Positions 1 to 14,341 of a stretch of DNA of 64,000 nt are shown here, piece by piece. The notes beneath the pieces were generated by a model. It made no database searches. It saw only the letters and a list, made by a program, of their open reading frames with translations, and was not told the DNA's origin. The DNA lies in NCBI GenBank assembly GCA_964016885.1, contig OZ024745.1:99944001-100008000 (forward strand). Direction: 5' to 3'. This DNA comes from Eledone cirrhosa (lineage: Eukaryota). The position numbers and the translations under genes are program-made. The number at the start of each line of letters is the position of its first letter. The first letter of the stretch is position 1.

Positions 1-3000
1 ATTGAAAAAGCAGTTGTGAAAATGACTGTAGTCTTATTTTCTAAATGTTGATTGTTTTCATGTAGCTTTGGTGATTGATGTGTTAATTATGACTGCAATC
101 ATAACCAGGAACTCTAATTTGAATATCTATTTCTAGACTTCAGACCTCATGTGCTGTGTCTGCACTGATTCTGTAATGAGATGAAAGTTGTTTGTATAAT
201 GGAGGTACCATGATACTTGTAGTGTTAGATTTCTTTATAAGAATTTGAAAGGCAGATAAAATTTAGCTTCTAACTAGATTTCAGATTTTTAACTGCTTTT
301 AGCCATCTCAACATTTTGTTAAGATTTTTTTTATTGTAAATAAGCTATTTTTTAATTCTTTTGATACCAACCTACCTGAAACTGCTTTTTGTTCTATGAT
401 AGAGAACCATGTTTGAAGTGTTCACGTTAAAATTTGAACTTTCCATTATAGTTTTTTTTTGTAAAAATCCTAAGTTATGTTCTAAACACTAACATTATGA
501 TGAGAAAATTAGTTATATTACTAAATCATGCAAATTTTTATTTAAAAAAATTAATTGAAAATCATAAGCAATGTCTTCCATTAGAAATTTGGTAACATAA
601 GTGTTGAATGTGGCTGCAAGAGTAGTGATGTTTACAATATATAGTAAGGAAATATATGGTAAGGAAAGCATCTGGTTATTGTTTGGAACGTAACTTAACA
701 GAAAAGTTCTTGTTTAAATTATTATGTGAGGGTTTATTTTAAATATTGACCACTTTATAGCAAATGGTTTTGTTTTCAGACAGGTTAGTATCAAAAGAGC
801 TAAATAATGGTAAATGAAGATGAGGCATTTCCAAGTTCTATCAACTAAATATACCTGAGTGTAAAGAATCTCATGAGTTAATTGCTGATCGTAGCTTAAA
901 TGAAGGTAAACAGGATAAAACATAGAGGGAGGTTGTTTGATTGTGGCTAAAAGAAATAAAACCTTGTGTGGTGGGAGTAATAATAGGCTGGAGAAACAGA
1001 TGAGATGTTCTACTTATTTGACTGCAAATTGACAGTCATTAGGGCTTAGATGAAATGTCTCTGCATTTGTTTCATCTCACTGGACTCTGGTCAACTTTGC
1101 TTTCATCTTTTGGAGTTCAATAAATAAAGTACCAGTCAAAGTGTGGTGGATTAGTGGAATTGTTAGTGTTCAACAGGATACTTTGCAGTATCTGATTTGG
1201 CTCTGTGCATCCTGAGTTCACATCCTGCCTTCTGACAGGAGCTGCAACTGTTAGGTAATGTGATAGTAGAGGTGGTGGTAGGAGAGCAGCAATAGTTGTG
1301 ATGGTGAAAAGTAACAGCAGTATATGTTGTTTAATGACATTTCTTGTTCCACTGTTCTTCTTTTACTCAATCAGCACAATCTATGATACACATTGCTGTG
1401 AATAAAAACAACAATTGCTTTAACACTTGTCATACTAGAACAATAAAACTTTGAAGATAATGTTATCCCAGAATAATCTCTGTGCTCTCTTTTCTTAAAC
1501 TGAAACATAGTGTTGGGGAGGGGTAACATTTTTGACAACAATTATTTTACAGCCAGTCTGGGTTTTATTGTAAAACATGAGAAACTTCTTCAGAATGGAA
1601 AGAGAATAAATGGAACTATTTTGTTATTTTATAAACTTAGACAATGTAATATATTTTTTCTTTGGTTGCTTCTTATTCAAGGCAGTTTCTTTATTCTATT
1701 CATGAAAACTTAGCTATTGTAATTTGATCATTGTCTATCACATTGGTTAGTTCATGAACAAATAAATACATTTTAACAGTCATTTTTCTTTGGTGACATT
1801 TTTCTTTGTTGACATTAGAATAACAAATCTAGCCTACAAGTTGCTGAGCATCACAGGAGCTAGTTGGCGAAGGACCATCAGGTTGGCCACTGAGATAACA
1901 AAAGTTGCTTCAAATCAGTTTGTTTATCAGAAGTGAGCCATGGAGAGGGAAGTGCTGCGTGAACACAACCCAGGGCCTGGTTGCCTGTGTGAGGGTGTTA
2001 CAACACACATTTTTATTAGTTTCTAACCCTCTACAAAGTACAAGTGGAACCTAAAGAATATTACTTTCCTTTTTGGCATAAAACATGATGGACAGGACAT
2101 GTTTTTTTATAAACTAATGTTATGTTTTCTTTATTGTGACCTACTATTCCAGTGGGTAGTTTTAAGTTGGTTTATACAGAAAGTTTATCAACCACTCAGA
2201 TATCTTTTTTCTGAATAAAGCCCAAGAAAGAAAAAAATTCATAATGTTGTATATTTAAGTACATTTTTGTTGCTCTTCTAAAGAGAAAGTTTTGATGCAA
2301 ATTTAAAGTAAGGTTTTAGGAAGATAACCCATGCTAGCATGGAAAACAGACGTTAAATGATGATGATGATGATGATGATGTTACCTGGTGTGGTTCATGC
2401 TAAACCATATAGTGGTCTTTCACAGATGAAAAGATTTTTGAGAAAGAAGCAAATTGATATAGTATGACTCAAGAAAAGGATTCACAGGCTTAGGCTACTT
2501 GGCTATGATTCTATAGCACATTGTTTTAAAGGTTTTACTAACATCATATATGAGACTTGCTCTCATTATGATTTTTTAAATCAACTGACCTTATGTGTAT
2601 TGTATAGAAAACACCAGTAGATCTAGTTTCTCAGTACACAAGTTATGGTTGCTGTGGAAAAGCAGAAATGATTTTAATATAATTTCTGTTTTCATCAACA
2701 ATCGAATCCTATGAGGTATTTAGCAGGATCAGAAGAATTTCTGCAGTATTTTAAATTTAGAGAAAGATGATATCATAATCTTTGTGGTTGGTGTTAAGCT
2801 TGACCATCTGCTGGGAAATGATTCTTGAAGGTTTCAGGTTTTAGCAGGAAGGGTTGGAAAAATATATAATCCAGGGTTAGTTGGATAAAGCAGCTTGCTA
2901 GTTCAGATGTGCAGAAAAGGACAGAATTAGTTGCAGGTTAGTTAGCGAAGATATACCAATAAGCTTTTTGGGTGCGTGTTAGTGACAGAACACTTTCAAA

Positions 3001-4274
3001 AAGGTGAGCAACATCACAACTGTGTTTAACCCTTTAAAACCAGCTGTATATGGCCAGAATTCTCTCACCTCTTTCTGTTCAAACTGGCTGTAACTTGTTA
3101 ATCACAGTGATGTTAAGCTATTGTTCTCAAAATAAATAATATCAAAATCTCATAGATTCAAAAGTCTTTTCCACGAAAATACTTCTCAGCAAAGTATATA
3201 TAGAGTAATGTAAATGCTAAAGGGTTACAGCTAGATTTTCTGGTTATGAAGATGAAGATTTTTGTATGCATTTTTGGTGTTATAGATGTGTGATTGCTGT
3301 CGAAGTAGTTTCAGTGAGATTGGAGGTTTTAATTAAGTTATTTGTATTTTTATATTTTCCAATTCAGATTTTTATGAATAATTGTATTGTTGGTTACAAG
3401 TTTTCAACTGGTCAATCACTGGTTCATTGCATTTACAATAGTGAGGGTGATTCTTAGGACTTAATCTGAAAATGATTATTTATCGGTTTCTCAACAATAT
3501 TTACATCTTCCTTCAATACACATCACTGAAATAGATTCACATACATACATATACAAATATAATCTGTTTTGATGCAATTTCCATTTACCAAATTCCTCTC
3601 ACAAGTTATTTGGTCAACCAGGGTCTCACATGTGGTTGCAAAGTGCAATTTTTAACCATATAACCATGCCTGCACTCTCACAACAATTCTTGCATTTGCT
3701 GATATGTTTTGTCATGGTATCTTGATGCTGTTGAATATCACTAGGTTACCTTGACACAATTTACTAATTCTTTGAAGCCTCTTAATAGTTTTAGAACAAA
3801 TCTGGCACGTGGTATCTATGAATCCTATGGGTTACCACTAGAGGCAGATGAAAAACTTAGACAACATGTTTGGCTTAGGTGTCAGAAGCAAAAACAAAGG
3901 AGCAATATGCATTGATTGTCCAACCCATGGAAAAGTGGACATAAAAATAACAATAATGATGTAAGATTGGAAGCTAGCTGTCTACTGAAAAATTTGGATT
4001 TAACAGCTAAATTAAGAAAAGAGGAAAAATTTAATCCTGTTAAAAATATAAAATTCTTTTTCTATCAATCTCAGCTTTTTGTTGTACTATATATCTCAGT
4101 CAGGGACAGGTTAAAACTTACTCTAGAATAAAAAATGCCAAAGTTACGGTTAATGGTCTGGATTTTCAAAAATAATTGTCACATTATATCTCCAATTCAT
4201 TTTAACATGTATTTAATTGTGTATATTTACCTTTTTTTGTTTATGATTTCCAATGACACCTATTTTAATTACAG

Positions 4275-4375
4275 AGATACATCCATAAAATCAAATGTAA
4301 GTCGGATATTTACTATATGGGAAGAACGCAATGTTTATGATTCCAGTTTTACATCTGAACTGAAAGACATATTAG
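4275..4375 (+). CDS. RPRD2: RPRD2-like exon (C-terminal part of CTD-interacting domain)
   Basis: ttacag|A GAT... encodes DTSIKSNVSRIFTIWEERNVYDSSFTSELKDIL, matching the RPRD CID motif RIFxIWEER/DRNVY; donor G|gtaagt; ends phase 1. An alternative acceptor 2 nt downstream cannot be excluded. Confidence 0.88.
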
Positions 4376-4617
4376 GTAAGTTGGATGTTTTATTTGATAT
4401 AAAGGAAAATCTGTATTTAAAATTAACGCACAGTTTTATGGTTTGTTTTATCACTGTCTTCATGCTCGTGTTTCCAAATTAGCATGGAAAGATATATTAA
4501 TTAGTTAATATCATGTAGGTTTTCTTTAAATTGTTGAACCAGACAATATTACAGACAATTTTCCATGCATGGTATATCACTAGGATTGGATTTAGTTCTG
4601 ATGTGTTTAAGATTTGT

Positions 4618-4840
4618 TTAACCCTTTAGCATTTAAACCGGCCATATCCGGCCAGAATTCTCTCACCTCTTTCTGTTCAAACTGGTTATAACTGGCCACT
4701 CATAATGATGTTAAGGTATTGTTCTCAAAATAAATATCAAAATCTCAGATTCGATATTATGTGAGATACTATGTGAGGTAAAGACTTTACCATGAAAATA
4801 CAATAGTATATATAGAATAATGTAAATGGTAAAGGGTTAA
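4618..4840 (+). mobile_element. piggyBac-type MITE family 1 (about 220 bp), representative copy
   Basis: TTAA|CCCTTTAGCATTTA...TAAATG(C/G)TAAAGGG|TTAA; other copies near 3026-3228, 8695-8888, 11739-11931(-), 16490-16717, 17935-18149, 43979-44148, 55750-55936, 60731-60958(-), 63245-63472(-). Confidence 0.85.
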
Positions 4841-5726
4841 CCCATTTAATACCAAACTGCCTGAAACTGTCCCCAGTTTTACAATACAAAACTGTTTTAA
4901 AGTATTTATATTTATCTGGAAAAAAAAAAAATAGAAAACTTCCAACATAATTTTACACTAGCTTAATGATGAGAAAGTTATATTACTAAATCCCTTCAAA
5001 TTCTTGATTATTTTGAAAATTATTTGAAATTCATAGGCAGTCTTTTTCATTAAATATGTAATAACAAAAGGGTTGACCAATGATTATCATAACTTTTTTT
5101 TCTTATATTCTAAGACATAACTAGCTTGTAAATTGTTTTTCTTTTCACATTAATTTTTTGTAGTAAGTCTCATATTTCCAGCAGCCATCTCAAGTGTGTG
5201 TTCAAAAACAACTTGCATTATTTTGGCAGTATCGGTGGAGGGTCGGACGCCATGCTTTCCAGCATAGTTACGTCCCTTTACGATCTGAGTTCAAATCCCG
5301 CCGAGGTTGACTTTGCCTTTCATCCTTATGGGGTCGATAAAATAAAGTACCAGTAATGCACTGGGTAATTGCTGGCCTTGTGCCTCAAGTAGAAACAATT
5401 ATTTAACTATTTGCTATTGTCTTCATTGCCTATGACACAGCATTGAATGACACTGTCAAGACAATGGATACATCTGCAATAAACAAATGTTTACTACTGA
5501 TAATAAAAATGTGCTTTTGAAATAATATTTATCTAACTGTAGGTTTTAGTTTTAAAATGTGTTCATTGAAATATGATCAAGTTTTGCTGCAATTCATATT
5601 TTTTCTTCGTATTTTGTCATATTTAAAACTTGAAAGGATTTTTATAGAATTAAATACATTCTGCAGATGATTTTTTTTGATTTTTCCATTTTTCTTTTTC
5701 ATGTTTTCTTTTGTATTTATTCATAG

Positions 5727-5909
5727 AAAATGATACACATTATCAGCATCAGCACCTTTCACAGCACCGTCGAGGTCACACATCTTTGTCACCCAAACTG
5801 AAATCATTGCAGTCTAAATTGCAATCAACAAAAGTTCAATCAACAAAAATGCACCATTCAAAATTTCTGCAACAACAAGCAACTCAACAATCACAACAAC
5901 CAGCTCAAG
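5727..5909 (+). CDS. RPRD2: RPRD2-like exon, Q/H/S-rich linker
   Basis: Long polypyrimidine tract, then tcatag|AA; open frame (E)NDTHYQHQHLSQH...QQPAQ; donor G|gtttgt; phase 1-1, compatible with both neighbours. Confidence 0.75.
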
Positions 5910-6946
5910 GTTTGTTTGTTTTCTCAAGGTTTTATTACATAGTTTAAGTAAACTTTTCCATCCATATAATATTTCCCTATTTTCATCCTAGCAATATGAC
6001 GGGAAAACAGTTTTTTGTTGTTTTCAATTTATTTACTTTGTAGTGGTTATGATAATCACTTCATCCACTTGTTTGAAGGGTGTTTGATTATTTTGGTACT
6101 AACCTTCAGTATGATAAATGTTTATAGTGGCATCATCATTGTTTTAAAATCTGCTTTTGTCATACTAGCAGGGGTTGGGTATGTCTGAAATTCTATATCT
6201 TTCCTAGCATTTTCAAAGTGATGTTATCTCATCTCAAGGTCTATTTATTACAATATACTAGGTATTCTGTGGTTTGTCCCACACCCTTGTATGTTGTTTC
6301 CTTCTAATTCATAACACTTCTCCATTTGATGTGGACATGCAGATGCTTGAATGTTTTATAACACATATCATGTCAATGGTGCTGCATTGTATTTGTGTAA
6401 AAGACACTTATCTTTCAATGGCTAAATCCAAATAGGTATTGCAAGTGGTAGAATTCAAGAAAATCAAAAGCACTGGAGATGTTCAATATTTTTTTCAAAA
6501 TCCTTATTCAAAAAAAGTTACATGAAATAGATTAGCGTCCTTTTGATTCATAAAGAATTAGCTTGAGCTTCATTTGTTCTACATTATATGTTCCTGTAAT
6601 GCATTGCGTAATATGTTTGTTATCCATGTTTTCTCAATACATTTCTATTTCAATTTAATTTGTTTCAAGGTCATTTTTCTAATAGCAGATCCTGCTTAAC
6701 TCATGACACATCCTCTAACTATACTTTTCAGATTTCATTGCTGAGAAGTGTTTTCCTTTAGATATAAATATATAATATCTGTTTCTTTAGGTCAGAAGTC
6801 TGTATATGATTAGAAACAAGTTTAACCCATGCCAGCTTGTTAGAACGGATGTAAAGTGATGATGATGATTATGTAGAAGTTGTCATGCGTGACAAACCAA
6901 CTCAAACGACTTATCACTTTATTCTAATAACATTATATCACATCCT

Positions 6947-6978
<32 letters not shown>

Positions 6979-7055
6979 AGGTTTGATTTTCTATGTTGGC
7001 ATGGTTTGGATTCAGATTACAAAATTAAAGTACTAACATTTCATGTCCTCTACAA

Positions 7056-7252
7056 CAGTGGTTTACAAAAGGGTAAACATTTGTCCCTTTTGATTGTTAT
7101 TTCTCATTGTATCATCATCATCATCATCATCATCATCGCTGTTTAACATCCATTGTATAACTATCTAAAAGGGGATAATTATAGCAAGGAATTGGGGGAA
7201 AATTGGTTCCAATAAAGTTGGTCTTTGGTAGTGAAATGGTTGGGAATCACAG
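7056..7252. mobile_element. Old hAT-like MITE
   Basis: CAGTGGTTT... and ...TTGGGAATCACAG ends; imperfect 8-bp TSD ctctacaa/atatacaa. Confidence 0.4.
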
Positions 7253-9984
7253 ATATACAACATTCAATGATACTTTCCCCTCCTCATCTGTGCTAACCTG
7301 CATCTACATAGAATATTATAGACATCACCTACACTGTATTAGTACTATGTATACAACAGACATAGAACAAAATATTATTTAACTCTTTTTAAGTACTTAC
7401 TGATGTAATCTGGCTATAGTTTATAAACATCATATCAGATCCATCTGAGATTTTGCTAGTCCTAAACCTATCTACCATAAACTACAACAAATTACAGGCC
7501 AGCCAAAATAATATTTGAATTATAACAAGCTATATACATACTTCACTTATTGATCACTGATACAATGAAACCAAAACACTTAAATTAAAAAGAAAAGGCG
7601 TAGGCCTGTGAAAAGCTCGATTAATGGTGATTGTTCATGTCAACTGTTGTAATCTGCTTAGCAACATGCTCACTTACAAACTAGTAGACACATTAATAAC
7701 ATGCCTAAACCTACTGCATCTCCTATAGAATTGGCTATGTGGTTAAGGAGTTCAATTTGTAACTACACGGTTTCAAGTTCAGTTCCATTGCATGACACTG
7801 TGGGAACCTTCTACTATAACTTCAGGTTGAGTGAAATTTTGTAGATGGTGTCTGTAGAAGCCTGTCATGTGTGCCTATGTCTATGTTTACTGTTTGTTTG
7901 TGTCTTGTAACTTAGTTTAACAAAAAGAGATTGCTAAAATAAGTACTTGTGTCACCAAAACACTGTTCTAGTATGGTTGCTGTCTAATGACTGAAACCAG
8001 GAAAAGGGTATAAACTCAATTCCTTATTTATAAATTCTGAGGAATCAAAGCTATTAAGAACTAATTTGTGTCTACTGCAATTACCACTAAAATTCTAGAC
8101 AGCCAAAGCAAGTTCACAACAAACTGGATGCAATTTACCCAGTGTACCATGCTGGACTTCGCATAACCAAACACTGCATGACAGAGTTTGCAAGTTTGCA
8201 ACACGATCCTGTGAGCCAGACTGGTTCTTTCTCAAGCATTCAATCATTATCTCAGATTAGCTAATGCTACTTTACTAGAACTTCTACCTACCATAATGCT
8301 ATCTCTATGCTCAATATTAATATTTATTCTATCACTCATATACAAAACTTACTTGCTATTTTCTGCTCTTTAATCAATCAGTTTGCAGTTACTTGTTCTG
8401 TTTCCTCTGTTAGGTGCATAAGTATATGTTGGTACACCTAAGGGTTTGGTTTTCTATTAATCTGTTTGTTACCTCACTGTAACATTGGTATATAGAAATA
8501 CAATTTAAAATGTTCTGATTAACAAGTTTACATTACAATTACATGCTTCTATGATTGATCCTACTGCCATACGTTTTGATCATGTGTTTTCTTCTATAAC
8601 TCCTGGTCAGCCAAAGCCTTGTCAAGCAGTAAGATCAAACATAGAACCATGTGACTGTAAAGCAAACTTTTTAAGAAAATCTGATCAGGACATTTTAACC
8701 CTTTAGCATTTAAACTGGCCATATCTGGCCAGAATTCTCTCACCTCTTTCTACTCAAACTGGCCATAACTGGCTGCTCATACTTATGTTAAGGTATTGTT
8801 CTCAAAATAAATAATATAAAAATTTCGTAGAATCAATATTTACCGTGTTTACCATGAAAATACAAAAGAAAATATGCTAAAGAGTTAAAATTGTATTTCC
8901 ATATACAAATGGTATGTATGAGCAAGATGTGATCCTATCACCTGTTTAATCCCAGACTGACAACTCATTCAACCCATGCCAGCATGGAAAGCAGACATAA
9001 TATGATATATCAAATTATAGAATATATGCGTGTGTGTGTCTTTATTTCTACTCTTTGTCTACTGTTATGTACCATAACTTAGCAGTTCAACAAATAGAGA
9101 TCGGTAAAGTAAGTACTAGACTAGAAAAAAATAAGTACTGGTGTCAACATGGTTGTCTAAATTCCTTGAAGACATCATGGTAATACGCGTTCAGTCTAAT
9201 GAGTTGAATTTGGTAGACGGAGACTGTTCAGAAAATGACTGAAACCAGTGAAATTAAAATAAAGACTATATGCTCTATGGTGGATTTTAATCTGAGATAG
9301 ATATTAACGTAGTATATAACATAGTACTTTAACCATGCAGCTGTAATCTGTCTAGTTTTGATGTGTGTAGTATTTAGCCACCCAACTTGTAATATGACTG
9401 GCCTTAAAAAGTTTTCTTTTCACTTCTTTAAAAAGTAAAAGCAATCAGTTTTTTGTATGAACTTAAGGATTTTACTACAAGATATTGTTTCATGTTAAAA
9501 ACCATTTTAAAAAGTGAAACATCAAAAATGCTGTTATCATAATTTTACAGATACCATGTATATTCTCAGCTTTCATTATCTGTATATGTCTTCCTGTATT
9601 TTGCAGACTGCAAACTACTGTGGGAAATCTACTAAGAAATAGTTTTTAATAACAGGCAATAAATCAATTAATCGGTATTTGGTTCTTTGCACTTCTTTAA
9701 GTTTGAAGTTAAAGCTTTTTAGTTACTAGTACATAACATTATGGATGGAATAAGTAATATTTGGTTTCTTCAAGAAACTATAACAAAGTTATGCTTGTGG
9801 ATTATATATCTATATTTATGTGTGTGTTTATACTTATAACATGTTTAACAACTGATTCTTTTTTAATTAATCATGTGTAGCCCCATCACTTAGTATACCT
9901 TGTATAACTATGACTCTTTCGGTAGTCCCTCTTAACCACCAATCCCCATCTTATTCACTATTTGGTCATGCTTTACTTGGAATA

Positions 9985-10462
9985 GTGTGCACTCCTTACG
10001 GTGGATGCCACAATAAAAGACACTCGGTGCACTCCTTAAAGTGGCTGGCAATTTGAACGTAAGCTACATAGGGTTGAAAGGACTCCCCAGTTATATTGAG
10101 GACATGATAATCTATCTAGTGCTGGTGTCTCATTCAAATGCAATCTACATTCTGTAAAGTGGCTGGTGTTTGGAGAGTGCATCCAGCTGCAGAAACCAGA
10201 CCAAAGAGTAGAAAAACTTCTACAGTTATGTGAGACATATGACAATCTCTCTAGTGCTGGTGCCATGATAAAATGCGCCTACTGCTCTCTGTGAAATGGT
10301 TGGCATTAGAAAGGGCTGTAGAAACTATACCAAAACTAGAATGTGTTAAGGAAGAGATAGACCCCAACCCATCTAGGGCAACAACTCTGATTAAACACTG
10401 ACCTGTTCTATAACTACCTATCGAATCCATGTCACGGAAAAAGATACATAAAATGATGATGA
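9985..10462 (+). mobile_element. Non-autonomous RTE derivative with three tandem 5'UTR-like modules and an ATG tail
   Basis: Three degenerate CTAGTGCTGGTGCC...TGTAAAGTGG.TGG...GGGCATCCAGCTG units; similar element at 61835-62235. Confidence 0.6.
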
Positions 10463-12344
10463 TATATACTACAAGATATTGGTCTGAGAGATTGTTAAAG
10501 CATCATCAGAGGTCAGTTACTCATTCCTTGATACAGAGATGATAATTACTTATAGTTATTTATAGTATTCACACTCATAACTAAATTGGTTTGTCTAATT
10601 TCCATAACAAATTGGTTAATAGAAGCAGATCAATCTCTATTTTTGGCCAGAAAAAAACCTTGATTTAACCATGCTGTCTACTTTTTCACAGCAAGATTAA
10701 ATGTGTGTTTACTAAAAACACATGCTCGTGACTTTACTTTAGATTTTTACTTAACCTGTTATTGTTTACTGCTTCTGTTAATTAAATAATTCATGTTGCC
10801 AACACTTGCACTGTTACATAAACCAATCTAGTTCTGTCTGAGCTTACATATGCCATAAATATATGCTGCTACTCTCTCTTGCTCTCTTTCTCATTAGGAA
10901 TGTGTAATTAATCTTTAATGAAGTTCCAACAAAAGTTGAAACTGATCAGATGGATCTGGTCACAGTTAAAACCCTGGTTCAACCAGTGTCTACTTTTTTT
11001 TTTTTACCGCAAAGCTAAATGTGTGTTTACTAAACACGCATAAGCACACACGCACACAGAGTGCAGATATAAGAGAAAAACTTGAAAGATGGAATCTATC
11101 TGGCTGTACTAGATGATACCCAATATAGTCTGTAAATTAGTTGGCATTATGGAGGGTATCCAGCTGGAAACCATGCCAGAGTGGAACTTATCTAAGTGAG
11201 ACACAGTCCCTCAACCTGTCCAGCAGGACTGTAGCCCCAGTTATTAAGTACCGACTTGGTCTGTAACAACCTATGCTACCAGGCCTGCATGAAAATGGTT
11301 GTAAATGGATGATGATGCAATATAAATTTCAGTTCTGTTCCAATTGGTTTAACTAATGTACATTCATTTATAAGAAATTGAATTTTCTCTTGGATATCTT
11401 TTGGAGTAAACTATAAGTTAGAGAAATGATATCTAGAAGCATTTAATTCTTGATTAATTTTTACTTATGAAAAATGTCTAATGTTAGAAAGTGCATTCAA
11501 TTGAAAAATATCTTTGTTGAGGTCAAAACCCTATTACTTAATGAACTTATCAAATAGGCTTGCCATCAACAAAATAGAGTTTAAGCTATTGATTTCTTGT
11601 ATTAGCAGTTACTGTTACTGCCTCCAACAATGAGACCTTGAGATGTTTATTTTAATTAGGGATCAACTGCCCAAAGCTGGTAACTGTGCCTCACATGATG
11701 ATGGCTTAAACCTTTTGATACCAAACTGCTTAAAGTCTTTAACCCTTTAGCATTTACATTACTCTATATTTACTATTGTATTTTCGCATAATTATCTCAC
11801 ATAATATTGAATCTGAGATTTTGATATTATTTATTTTGAGAACAATACCTTAACATCAATATGAGTGGCTGAATAGTAAGAGGTGAAAGAACTTTGGCTG
11901 GATATGGCCGGTTTAAATGCTAAAGGATTAAATTTGTCAAAAAATCTTCCATCATAATTTTATATAAGAACCTTTATGCACCTAACACCAACTTCATAAT
12001 GAGAAAATTAGTTATATAACTAAATCCTTCTAAATTCTTCATTATTTTCAAAATCATAGGTAGCGCTTTTTAAAATATGGTAATGAAATCGATAATCACA
12101 GAAGTATACAGCTAATGAGTAACTTATATTGTCAGAGACACACACACCAGTACTTATTTCATTAACTGTGGCAAGATTTTAACTCAGAATTTAGAGTGAT
12201 ACAATCAAATGTTTCGATACATTCAATCTGGCGCTTTACCATTAATAAAATAGAGTTTAATTTTCTTTGTTGTAATTTTTTTTTTTAAATCTAAATTGGT
12301 CATTTGAAATATTTCAATTTTCTTAAAATTTTATTTTGTTTTAG

Positions 12345-12394
12345 TTGATGAAAAAACCAAATCAAACCATCTGCAAATACTAGCTGAATTCAAA
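12345..12394 (+). CDS. RPRD2: RPRD2-like exon (start of CREPT/coiled-coil region)
   Basis: ttttag|TT GAT GAA...; (V)DEKTKSNHLQILAEFK resembles vertebrate RPRD2 KIVAEFR; donor AAA|gtaagc; phase 1-0. Confidence 0.82.
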
Positions 12395-14214
12395 GTAAGC
12401 AATGCTTTGTTTATTCCTCTTGATCTCAATAAACCTTAAATTATATATATTCAATCTTAAGTAGTATTATTATTTGAACATCTACTTTAAAAAAAACATA
12501 CCAACATATTATAACATTATATATATTTTCTTTTTTATTGTTACGGTCTTCAACAGATTATCCAGCTTTTTGTATCAGTTTATGATTCATAACAAAAGTG
12601 ACTAAAATAGAATAAATTAGATTTAGAAAGAAAATATTAACAAAGATAGTTTATGATAAAACTGAGTTGGATAGATTAGAGTTTGGGTTCTTACCAGTAA
12701 GATATGTGAATTGAATTGAATTAAATGGTAAATATAAAGAATGGTATTATTTTTTTTTATACCTGTTAATCATGTAAAAGCTTTTGTAGTCCAGTGGATA
12801 TTGGATAAACTATTTGTTTTTTTATTGCAGATCTATGTAGATCTGCATAGTGTTTTAATTATCAGTCCCTAATTAGCTAGTTGTAATTTTAAGAACATAG
12901 GTGACAATAAAAGTTCAAAACTCAAACTTTACTTTTTTTCTTAGTCTTTAAAGCTAACATTTAGGAAATCGGGACTGAATGTTCATGTGAATTTTCTTTA
13001 GCTAACAACACCATTTCTATTTAGAGTTTTAAATTATGCAATCCTGAATATTGTGTTACATTTTTATCTTAGGATTGTCTGAAACAATAATTTCTTCAAC
13101 TGCTACTTGAAATATATTTAAGTGTCTGAAGCTGCTGTATTTCCTTGAGCTTTATGTACTAATATTGTAATAATGTTATACTTCATTCTACCATTAAATA
13201 CATAGGTAGTCTTTTAGTCATATTTTATTTATTTTAAAATAAGATTTTGTTTTGCTTTTGTCACTCTGGGCCAGTGTGCTTGCAAAACCATTTTTTAAAA
13301 GAGAAACCGGTCCTGCCATTAATATATTGCTTATGTGGTAGGTAATCCAACTTATTTCACAACTGGACCCTATATCTAAGGATCACTCCACTATCTGCTA
13401 CCCATGGAGATGATTGATAGCAGTCAGCTCTCTCTCAATATAAAAAAAAAAAGTTGTGGGTTTACTGCATTGCAGAAGAAAATATATATAATTGTGATTT
13501 TTTAAGTTCAGGACTTCATATTATGTTTAAGATATTAAAATACATTCAATAAGTATGTTTTAATGGAGGTGAAGTGAAGCAAGTAACTACTGAATTCCAT
13601 GAAATAGTGGTAAAAGAAACAGAAAATGTAACAGCTTGACAAGGAGCCTAGATCTGATGACTTTTAGTAAATGAGTGTTTGTTCCAATGTTATTTTCTGT
13701 AGAAGTGAACCTGCAGGTTTGAGAGTGGTACTTTACACAAATGTATATTAAGACTTACTAGTCAATAGTTGCACAGAAATGTTGTTGAAGAAGATGTCAG
13801 TTTGCTTTGATGCAGTTTTAGCAGTTTGATACATGAAACTATAAGAACAGGTCTCTAGAGATAACGAGTATATCTAATGAAACAAATTCTTTAACTAGAT
13901 ATCTAAACTACTTTTTTTTCCATGAAAAATAAGTATTGTTTGACTCTCCCAGCCATGCTTGCTATATATTCCATCCTCACTTAAACAGGCACATCTCTCT
14001 CTCTTCATTGAACTCATACATTTCACTTCTGAGACTTAGCTTTGTCCAAGCCTTGTTCCATTAGAACTGCTTTTCTTTCCACTTACATCAAAGCACACTG
14101 AACATTAACTGTAGCAGCCTCAGCTAATTACTGTGTCTTTCTAATGAAGGATGTCTTTTCAATGCTTCTGTTTTATTAAATTTTATTTCCTACCCATTTA
14201 TTTTAATTTTATAG

Positions 14215-14341
14215 ACACAAAAAATGCTTGAAAAAGTTGCTTCTATGACTAAGCTGGAATCAGAGGGTGAACTGAAATTTGTGCAGTTGTCAACACTACG
14301 TTTAGATGTTTCCAATTTAGAAGCTGTCAAACAACTGAAAG
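14215..14341 (+). CDS. RPRD2: RPRD2-like exon (CREPT domain)
   Basis: atag|ACA...; TQKMLEKVASMTKLESEGELKFVQLSTLRLDVSNLEAVKQLK resembles QLSTMRVDV..TLKCLK; donor G|gtaagc; phase 0-1. Confidence 0.88.

Noticed and set aside
1-4274. Upstream RPRD2 exons (start codon, LFYLANDV motif)
   Set aside because: Not found by eye; presumably upstream of the window
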